Assembly: GCA_028023455.1 (NCBI GenBank)
Contig: JAQFVV010000001.1
Span: 34,348,001-34,412,000 of the forward strand
From: Epiperipatus broadwayi
Lineage: Eukaryota; Animalia; Onychophora
Length of the DNA: 64,000 nucleotides
Direction of reading: 5' to 3'
Shown here: positions 53,490 to 64,000 of the stretch, piece after piece
Layout: every line of letters starts with the position of its first letter
How positions within the stretch are numbered: the first letter of the stretch is position 1
Translations under genes and position numbers: made by a program
The notes under the pieces: generated by a model
Told to the model about the DNA's origin: nothing
The model's input: only the letters and a program-made list of their open reading frames with translations
Database searches by the model: none

Positions 53490-55910
53490 ATTAATCTTTA
53501 TGTAGATCTTCTAAACTAAGTCCTGATGTTACAAGGTTTATAGGTACCTCTTTTCCCTTCTCTAGTCTTTAAAATGAACACATTTGGCTTGTCCTTCCTG
53601 GCAATGTGGTCAGGCCCATCATACAAGTTTTGGAATCTTCTGAAAATGTGCTTACCCATTTGGATCACAAAGTTTACCTTGACTTATACTATATCCCCTT
53701 TTTTGAACTTAGTGTCCATAGTTTGGCACAGTGTTCCAATTTCACCTTGCTCTTTCTTGATCTCTTTGTCAATATTTTCTGGGATGGGGCAACTAGGATT
53801 TATATAATCTGAGTATTGGTTGCCCAAGTTGAAGTCGTATATTTGAAAATCCAGTGGATTCATTAAATGTCAAATTCATGTAATTAAATACCCATGGGAG
53901 CTATTTCAGCCATCTTCTGATGAATGTGGCCCAATTCTTATCTGCTCTCATGAGTTAGTCTGTAGATTTCAGATGGATGACGATACATGTTTGAATTCCA
54001 TCCTCTGTTCACTGCTGTCATTCGTGAGATGTAAATGGAGTTTCATGGTCCAACAAAATAGCCCTAGGTCTACTTACTTGATCAACGTATTGTATCTCAT
54101 GTATCCATATGGTATTTCTAGTGTTGGCCTGGGACATGGGATAGGCAGACATCCACTTGGAAAAGATGTCATAGACCATCAATAAATATTTCATTTTTTG
54201 AAAAACCGGTAATGATTTATAAAAGTATGGCTATTAGATCATTTTGTTTTTTAGTATTGATAAGACTCAGCGGGCCTTTATACGATTCATTCACTGGTTT
54301 TGTCTTTTGGCAGAGCTCACATACCATTATTACACTTACAACCAACCCATGGTCTCATATTCAGCCAGTAAAACCATGTTTTCAATAAGCGTTCCACTTT
54401 ACTGACTCTGTAGTGCCCATACAAACAGTAGGTGTATATTTTTGCAAGCTCTCCAGTACAATCATCCTCCAGTGATCTTTCTGTTGGTGTGTTACATACC
54501 ATAAGATTCCTTTTTTATTTTCAATTGGTATCTATTTCTTGGGCTAGCTCTCAACACTACTTTCCCTTCTGTTTTATTTTTGACTTCTAGTTAATCCATA
54601 ATTTTTCATATATGGGCTTTGCCATTGTGCTTTTCCCACACCCACACCCTACCCCTTTTCATATCTACATTAGCTAAACAGATATCTTTCATTTGCCGGT
54701 GATTTGGAGCCCCAGGACTGATGTTCCAGCTCAGTGCATAAGCAATCACATTCTCAGTTTCCTTTCAGTGCTGTATGGAATAATTGAACTCTTGGGATAA
54801 AAAGGCTTCTACAGATTAGCCTACTATTTGTTAAATAGCTATGGTTCAGGAATTCCAGGCTGTTATGATCTATCCTAACTATTGCTTCTGATCCTATCAG
54901 GAACTGGCAAAACTTCTGGAATGCCCACACACACAGCCAATACCTCTTTCTTAGTGACAGAGTAATTAATATCTGAACCTTTCAATGGTTTGCTGGCAAA
55001 ATAAAACACCCAGGTTATCGTCCTCATGAGCTTGCATAAGAGTCGCACCTAACCCATACCCACTACTGTCTACTTGCACAATAAAAGGTTTCCTAAAGTC
55101 AGGGTACACTAACATCATCTGGTTAGAGGATTTTTTTTTATAACCTTGAAGTTAGTTTTGTGTTCTTCCATCCATCTCCATGGTGTTCCTTTTCATAATA
55201 ATTGTAGCAGATGATCCAAGTCGGTCACGAAGTTTCTGTAGAATTTGTTGTAAAAATTGCACAACCCCAGTAATGACCTAACTTGTTTTGGTGTGTGGGG
55301 TTTGGGAAATCTTTAACCTTTTGGATTTAGTCAGGGTGGTGCTTAATTCCCTTTTTGTTAATTAGGTGCCCCAAGAAATTTTACATCTTCTGCTGCTATA
55401 CAGCTTTTTTTTGTAAGTTTATATGAATAGCTTTTATTTAGCATTCTTGTAGAAATATTTTTAGGTGTTCTTGGTGGGTTTTGTTAGATATAATAATCAT
55501 GTCATCCATGTAAATAGTGACTACATTTTTGATCTCTTGGAGTCAACACCAATCATGACATTTTAGCAGACTCATTTCACTATTCTTAAGACTGAAAGAC
55601 ATTCTGTTGAACTGGTATTATATACTATTGTATCAAAATGCCATGTATTTCAGGTCAGCAGGGTGTGACTTGATCTACCAGTAGCTAGCAGTCAGATCCA
55701 GAATGGAGAATATTTTTTTTTCCTTGATTTACTAACTCATTAATGGCTGATAGAACCTTTTAATCTGGCCATGTGATCTTGTTCAACTGCCTGGCATCTA
55801 AACACAGTCTTAATGCCCTGTCTTCTTTTTTACGACCATTAATGGATTATATGGTAATGAACACTTGTTATAATATCCAACTCTCACTGATGAAAGCCAT
55901 AAGCAAGAAA
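53490..55910 (-). mobile_element. Decayed Ty3/Gypsy pol fragment (RT-RNase H-integrase)
   Basis: Minus strand reads PYNPLMVVKKK..LRLCLDARQLN (~55850), FLGHLINKKGI...VKDFPKPHTPKQVRSLLGLCNFY (~55380-55250) and PDFRKPFIVQVDSSGYGLGA (~55110-55040). Integrase-like segments follow towards 53600, giving the Gypsy domain order. Confidence 0.88.
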
Positions 55911-56900
55911 TTAGCTTGGAGGTGATGGATGAGTAGACCCTAAACAGATTTTAAGTACAAACCTTCCTGCATCTATTAATTATGAAGGCTTGCACTTCGT
56001 GGGACTACTATATGAAGAGTTTGTTGCTCTTATTATCAGCATATGTAATTATATGAATCGTGATGTTTTGAACATTTTTATCAATGAAAAAGTCATAGTT
56101 ACCATTCATTGTATATACATGATCAAAAATTTTTTTTTAAATTCTATTTAAATTTATTAAGAATCAAATTAATATCTTATTTATGTTTTTGTGTACATTT
56201 ATGAGCAAAATTTTAGAAAAATAGACAAAATCAAATCATCAAAACTCTGTGATTGCAATAAAATCTTTGTTGTTTCAATATATATATGTATTGCAGCCTT
56301 CTCTTCCTCCCACCTCAATCCTATCCTTAGCTCAGCTCAAACATCAAAGTATATAACATATAGAAACGTCACTGTATGAGACTCAATAATTAATTAGAAA
56401 TGTGTAATACATAAAAACATAAGGTAGACTTAAGATATGGTCACAATATGATGGTTTTAACATTCAGAGGCATATAGAATATGCATCCTAATGGCATTGT
56501 TATTGTAAAAATTTTCCAACTACTATTCTAGTATAATTATTAAGAAAATCCCCACATCAGGCAATGACTAACATAATCTTTCATTAAAAATAATAATTAT
56601 GCTATATAAGAAAAAATAATGAAATTAAATGCTTACTAAAATACTTTATAACAATTACTGCTACCTTATGGCTATCTCAACTATAATAATTCTCTTATAA
56701 TATAATAATTACTAACAGTAAGATAATTGGATAATAGATTTTACTAAGATCCAATCATCTCAATAATAATCATACCTATCATTATAAACATAAATTAAAT
56801 TATCTTCTTAAAAATTAATATATAACTTTAATAATAATATATTATATAGTCCTTTTAAATTCTTTTCTTTTTCTTTGTTTTTGCTGTCTTCATATATAAT

Positions 56901-57116
56901 ATTGAATTTCAAAAATCTTACACTTTTCACTTTTCAGCAAAAAAACTTTTATTATTGATTATAGTTTCGACTGTACCATAGAGTCTGCATCAGATCTTGA
57001 TAGAGAAGGTTAAAAGAATAGAATAAGATCTGATGATGACTGCATGATACAGTCGAAACTGTAATCAATAATAAAAGTTTTTTTTGCTGAAAAGTGTAAG
57101 ATTTTTTAAATTCAAT
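56901..57116. repeat. ~92-98-bp inverted repeat (26-nt spacer) whose arms carry a hammerhead-like motif; Penelope-type pseudo-LTR remnant
   Basis: The left arm 56901-56998 is the reverse complement of the right arm 57025-57116, apart from a few substitutions and a 7-nt duplication. Confidence 0.8.
57027..57066 (+). ncRNA. Minimal type I hammerhead-like motif
   Basis: GAU-CUGAUGA-U-GACUG caugaua CAGUC-GAAA-C U GUA-AUC. Core intact with one extra nucleotide after A9, 5-bp stem II, only a 3-bp stem I and a vestigial stem III. AATAAAA and a T run follow. Confidence 0.55.
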
Positions 57117-60100
57117 TTAATAATAATACCATAAAATTAACCTTTACTATTTACTACCTTTCTTCCAATTAAATAATTTAATTGTACTTAAATATCTAAT
57201 ATCTTCATTATACAAATATTAATTATAAAACATAATAATTTTACCATAATCAAAAGCTTTACAGTACAACTCACTATATTATTCTCCCCTTTCACCTAAT
57301 TTGATTAGCAATTTTACTCTTTTTAATTATACCTTTTTAAAATATGGGGCTGGTATTCCCTTTTTAATAATAATAATGTGATTCGTTAAAATATTATGAC
57401 TTTCAGTGAATGCTCCATTTAGATAATATTTAATAGCATTTTTTAAATAATTTTATTGTCATATACTGAATCAATAATTTATCAAATTCTCTTTATAAAA
57501 CCTCATGCATAAATTATCTAATAATTATATTTTTGATTGTAATGCTTTCTATATTTTAATATGACTTTGTGATAAAAATAATTCTGAGTAGAAATAAAGT
57601 CACCAGTCTAAGATTTATGTTAAAATAACTTTATTTTAACAGTAGATAACAACTTATCAATTATTAAATAACATGGTTGAACTTTAAAATGCATATGAAA
57701 TAATTAAAATATATGAACAATAATTTACATTGAAAAATAATTAAATTGCATAAACATACTTCTTTTCAATTTAACAGTTATATTATATAATTGTTCTATT
57801 CCTCGCATATCAAATTCATTATTATCATGTATCTTTTCTTGCTGATACTTCATTTTAACATCCATGACTTCTTTTTATGGGTTCAACTTTTTAATCCTCT
57901 TTCATTTAATGATATAATACATTCCCTTTTGCAATATTTGCATAAAAATACAATACTTTATTACTTTTCATACTGTATGTCTGCATAAAATCTATTCTTA
58001 AAATTTATATATAAAAATTTAGGTTTATGTTATTATAACTTTCAATGTAATATTGGTACAGTATTGAAATAATTAACCAAATCAAGATTTTTTAGTAATA
58101 AATGGTCATTCATCCTGTTCACTCTTTATTTCTTTTTATTCACTTTTTCATTCTTATTTCTGATCTCATATTTTATCTTTAGTATTAAATCAGTCAGATT
58201 TTACTTAACTACTAAAATATTTGTTTTGCATTTATTATTATTCTTTTAGAACCAATCTTCTATTAGCTAGTAAAGAAACTATAATATTTCCACTACCTAT
58301 GATGCTCATTATATATCTTTCTTTACCATATCCAAAAAAGAAAAAAATACTCTATTGGTAAGAAACTGATTTTTAATAAAATATTATCTCTAAATATAGG
58401 AATGGAGATCTCCTTTTTTTAATGGAATACTATAATTTGGCAAGTAGTCATTTTCATATTGATGATCCTACCCCAATATTCATGCTTATCTGGAAAATAA
58501 CATCCATATCTTGTAGAAATTCTCTCATCTCCTCATACTAAAATACATATATGGGTGTCACATAGATCAATCTCATTTATAATATTTTAATCAGTTCTTC
58601 AGGAAGGTATTTTATCCTATCCTGGAATTATAACTTATCTTAGCTTGCTGCATATTTTTAGTGTCAACAACCATAAGCTGCCTCACAACTAATATTGCAA
58701 TCTCATCTTCCCCTCAAGTATTCTTCTATAATATTAACAATTATATTACAAAACAAATCATGTCATATGACAAATGTCAACACTATACTTTGTATTACAC
58801 AAAATTGAGATCATAATTATTTTATTCCATGAATCCCATCTCTTGATTCATCATTATAACATCAATTTACTCATTAAATATATTTTATATTTAAAATATT
58901 ACTACATTAATATTTAAATAAATTTACCTTATAATATAACTATAAAGTATTGTTTTATCAATATTCTCTTTTTCTCAACACTAATATATACCATATTAAC
59001 TTTCTAAGCATATTTCTTATTATAATCATTTTAAAAAAATACATTAAACTTATAAAATATATTAATATGTCATAATATCCAAATCCAATACATCTCATAG
59101 TACTACTTTGTCACTAAATTTATTATCTAATATTATTTTTTCCTTTTCTTAGTCCTCCTTCCTGTTCTGCATCATTACAGTCTTCAGCATGACACTTCAC
59201 ATCTCTTCGCTAGTTACTAATTTATTTTTCCACTTGTCAGCAATTTCTAGGATCCTGTGTGAAACATTAAAAATCACTAACAACAATAACTTAATAAAAC
59301 TGTTTAAAATTCGATGCATCTTTGTTTAAGCTTTCAGATATTAGTATGTTCTAATTTTAAATATGAATCACTATCATAGAATTTAATAAAACTGTAGTTG
59401 AATAACTGAGTCAATACACATTTGAGTGTTACTCTTCACTATTAAACTTAACTATATGTAATATTAATCCATAGGTCATTCCTACTTCCACTTTTTCTCC
59501 TCATTATATTTTACTTAATAATTCTTTCTTTACGAAATAAACATACATAAATTCACTTACTTTATTATTCGGCAATATACTATTTTATCAAAATTTTTCA
59601 TAATAAAAATTAATAGCTCTTCTTGCTAATTTGCTAATAAAATATTCTTTCTTGCATACGCTTTTATTTAGTATAATCTATAATAAATATTTATTACAAT
59701 ATTCATTTACTTAATATTCCTTAATTATTAAACATACAATTAATATCTATTCTTTTTTATAGTTTTATAAAGTTAATTTGACTAATACAAGTTACTTTAA
59801 TTTAAAAGATAACTATTTTCATTTGACATTTCTTTTTCATTAATAAACTATTTTAAAGTTCGGTAAACTAATTTAATTATTTTATATAAGTTATTACTTA
59901 GTATTTATTTTTGTTCCTCTTCATAAATAAGTTATTATTTAAACTAATCGAGGAAAGTAGAGATAAACAAAACATATTTCCTCATGTGATAGTATTTACA
60001 CCTTTTAATTAATTGAAGTTGATAATCATTATTCTTCCTGATTTCTTCAATCAGTAATATTAATAATTTATACTTGCACTTATTCTTCATTACCGTTTTT

Positions 60101-63100
60101 AATTGTGAATTGAATTTTCAGGCTGTAATTGTATTGCAAATGAAGAAACTTACTTTAACTTACTCCATCATTTTTAGACTACTATTAAAAATATTATATT
60201 TTTTTCAGCACAATTAATTTACTTATTTTTAGTGTTTACAAAAATAAAATATATTAAATGTTATAATTTTACAAAGTACGTGAAACAATGGTTCCCTTTT
60301 TCCTTTCTCATTTCTTTTTCTAGTTCATCTGCTTTTTTTTTTATATATATATGTCCAGGCAGCATGATGTTAAAAACCCAATTAATTACATATTATTGGT
60401 CAAAGAATTGAAAAGTAACTAGCAGTTTTTTAAATAATTAATTTGCTGTCTACAATTTAATAAAAATAAAATCAATATTTTTTTTTAATTGATATAAAGT
60501 TTAAACAACTTTAAATTAAAATTTAAAATACATTATATTTTTAATTAAAGTAAGATATTTTAATAATATTTATTTATCAAAATTCAGTGCAGAAAATAGC
60601 ACTCTTTTTTTAAAGGATCCCTATAATAAAAATACTAAGATTGAATTTTGTCCTTTTGTAACTTTTATTTAAATCTAATTTATTGATAGAGGTAAATGGG
60701 TTTGCATTTATTAAAATTATATAACTATTAAAAAATATATAATTCCAAATAAAAGATGTGTATTCCTTATCCCCATTGAACTTTTTTTAAATCTCAAATA
60801 TTAAATTATTTGTTTAAGTTGTATTCTGAAATTTAAAAATTTGGATTATATGTTTTTTAGATACTCAGTCAGCATAATTAACTAATTAAAAGGTTACAAT
60901 ATATACTTTTATGATAATATTGAAATAGTATATAACAGGTATTTGTGCAATTTTTTTTTTTTTTAATGGAAAGTATAATATTTTTGCTTTTTTGTAGTAC
61001 TTTAATTATTCTTTGTTGTTTGGGTTTTTTTTTTAAAAAAAAAGTTTGTTAAATTAGAAACACCATCTTGACACCTGTTTCATTTGTAGTCTTTTTTTTT
61101 TGTTTTACTATCATCACTACCCAACCCAGTTGATCTGTGTGTTGTTGTGAACATATAATAGAAGTTGCAAAGCTTGAAGATGAAAAAAAAAACGTTTTAA
61201 CTCCTGAACTAGAACTTAGATATTAAATATAAATCAAAAATTGAGTTAAACATGGAGAAAATATAATGAAATGCAGTAGTATAGGAAGCCATTTTTTATT
61301 TAGGTTACAATACTTACAAACTGGTTTTATACTGGATTAAATTTTGCTATCATCTAGTCTACATAAATGGTAATCAACCTTTTTTTATTATATATGTATG
61401 CACCATTAGTTGAAAATGCACTGTAGAAATTCATATCAAAAATTGGCTGGTTGATAAAAGAGCATATGGAAGAAGTCGTTGGAAAGAAGAGTAAGTCTGG
61501 AATGATAGAAAAAATAATAAAAGAAGCATAAACATTTGGTACGGATAAATTAGAAGGAATGCATAATATATTTGAAATAAAAGAGAAATATAGTGATGTC
61601 TCTAACAATGAAGTTTTATAGAGCAAATGTTTTGTACAATAAGTACAAATATTCAAATCTTTAAAAGTACACATATCTAAAATCTTACTCTCATATGTAG
61701 ACAAAACAAAATTGCAAACTTGTGCAACATCCAGCAGACCCATAGGCCAACCTGTAGACATTTTATAATATCTTATCTTTAAAAGAAGCAATGATATTAT
61801 CATCAAAAAATGTTAAAGAATCAATAACAAATTTTATAAAGTATTTACAAACCTCTTTATTTTTTAATGCATGTTCAATCATTTTTATGGATTCCACTCC
61901 ATCAATATAACCATACATTTCTGTCACATATAATGAAGCAATAACATGAATTGGGCTAAATTGTCAAGTTTTATTGACTGATATGTTAACCATGTGCAAA
62001 AGGCTTTTCAGGGCATTTTAATTTTTAAGTAAAATGTCGGATAAACTTATCATATCATATTTGAAAAGCTTACTAAAGGTTTTTTTTTTCATATGCATAT
62101 TGTACAAATATTAATTTTAATCATGAACCAGAAAAAGTCAAAAAAATTTGCTTATATTGAAATGAAATCGAAAATAACTTTAAAAGAGAAATATTGAAGT
62201 TCTGAATATTGTATAGTTAAATCAATAATTTGCATTTTTTTTTAAAGAAAATAATGATTACTTAAAAAGTGCTCAGACAGCAGAAGAGATTTTCAGATTG
62301 TGTCATTTTTTTACATTGTAATACCATGGATCAAATGAAAACTTGCTAATATGGATTAATGAAAAGGAAATGGTGGTGATATTGACATCAAAATGATTAT
62401 TAATGAAAGGTTGTGTATTTGTTTGAAGATAAGATTTTTTTTTTATTTCTATATATATTATTTATATTTTTGATTTTTTTCCCTTCCATTTTTAAAAGTC
62501 ATTGTTTTGGATTTTTTATAGGTTGTGGGCCTAAAATGAATTATTCCTAAATACATATATTCCAATGTAAGCTACAATGAGCAGATATAAAAAAACTGTC
62601 TTTTCCATGGAACCAATTAATTTATTGTAGCAGACTTTATTGTATAAGTTATTCTAGATATAGAATTATTTTAAACATAGTAGATTGTATTAATTATTTC
62701 AGTGCTTAAATTTGAACTCAAAATTATAAATTTATAATCATCATAATAAAAATTATCCCAAATTTCTTATTGATTTAAAATATGTAATTCAAGGTAGAAT
62801 TGAATATATATATATATAATTAAAATAGGGGATGTACTATTTTAAAAAAATTATTTATAGTGCAATGATTGTCCACCTTTGGGACACAAGAATAAAAGCC
62901 AGTCTCTATTTTATGTCATTGTGGAGTAATGAATAATATCAAACTATCAGCACAGGTGTAGAGATTCCATTGATACTTTTATAAAAATAACAGATATATT
63001 ACTTTTTAACTGAGATTTAAAGCTTAGATCATGTCTAGGGATTATTGTAGTCTAATAAATAATTTGTAATAGTCATTAACGTTTTTGGGGAGATTTGATG

Positions 63101-63651
63101 TCAAAGTTGTGAATGCAGAACATTTTAAATCAAAATATAAAAATTTGATATTGATAAAGACTAATAAATGGCATGAAGATATATTAAAGATTGTGATCTG
63201 ACAAATTGACAAGTGCTGGTTCAGAACAAAATGTTTCTTGGTTAATTTTTTTGGGATGTTTTAATTTATATGTTTGAGGAATGGAAGCTTTAAATATATC
63301 TAACAAAGATATTAGATATGAGAAAAAAGAATATGAAATTGCATTGTTTTATATACTTAAGTTTAAGCTAAAGCATGAACATTGTTATGCAAATATGTAC
63401 ATACATAATGAAAGAGAGTGACCCGACTTTCTATGTTGGTGGATGGTTGCAATATGATGGAGTTGAAATGAGGGAGCAGTGATTTAAAGAAAAAACTTGA
63501 AAATATATACATATTAGTTTTATATATTGTAATCTATACAAAGAAATATAAAATATGGTTTGAATTAACTTTATATTTACATGATGATAGTAAATAACAA
63601 AAACAGTTAATATGCGTTTGTATAGAGAAATCTTTTTTTAATATTTTTTAA

Positions 63652-63705
63652 GGCTAGCCCCGAATAAAAGCGAGGCCCCGTAAAATGTTGATTTGCAGGG
63701 CCTTG
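63652..63705. mobile_element. Possible degenerate hAT-like transposon terminus
   Basis: GC-rich ggctagcccc...gaggccccg...gcagggcc island resembling GGCCCC-rich hAT subterminal motifs. No partner end lies in the window. Confidence 0.3.
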
Positions 63706-64000
63706 AAAAAAATTTATACATAAAATAATAATTTATTGCATTTTGCTATTTATTACATTGCACAAATTGGTATAATAAGGAGTACATGAAAATGATAAAT
63801 AATTAAATTATTTTAATAAAATTAACATTTCAATCACACCTAAAATCATTAATAAATTAAATAAAATTAATTGCTTCATATACTTATAAAATACAATTTG
63901 GTAGGTGACTTACTAGAATGAGGTTACAATATGATTTTTGTTTTATTTTCTTACATGTTTTATAGCAAATTCTTTGATAATATCACAAACTTGTTTGTTT

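Larger units (their letters stand above)
1286..64000 (+). other. Large intron of the TIA-1/TIAR-like gene, running past the window end
   Basis: The next exon should encode roughly (S)D(C/A)RVV.D..T.KSKGYGFVSF. I found no such sequence by eye on the + strand; everything recognisable downstream is repeat-derived. Confidence 0.7.

Noticed and set aside
56400-59300. Strand-biased AT-rich tract suggesting an old minus-strand ORF
   Set aside because: No diagnostic motif could be read, so it is left unassigned.
61354-61806. 150-aa minus-strand ORF
   Set aside because: Low-complexity hydrophobic translation with no recognisable motif. The + strand looks more like decayed coding sequence, but I could not assign it.

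Overview
Very AT-rich eukaryotic genomic DNA, probably from an arthropod (an inference from the repeat content). The only host coding sequence I recognise is one 88-nt exon of a TIA-1/TIAR-family RNA-binding protein gene (start of RRM2, 1198-1285, +). I found no next exon, so the remaining ~62.7 kb appears to be one giant intron packed with mobile-element remains. These include two opposite-orientation copies of one RTE LINE, a 3' LINE fragment with an open 338-aa ORF, two decayed Ty3/Gypsy elements and a 1.74-kb TG...CA insertion with an ATAT target duplication. There are also a pogo/Tigger-like MITE, two ~100-bp tRNA-derived SINEs and a LINE ORF1-like remnant. The most striking element is a 1.57-kb insertion (24188-25753) flanked by a 13-bp direct repeat. 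It is built from ~428-bp tandem units in two divergent arms, and three of its four units carry a type I hammerhead ribozyme motif, which makes it a retrozyme-like array. A second, unrelated hammerhead-like motif sits in an inverted repeat at 56901-57116. All calls were made by eye, with no database searches or folding computations.
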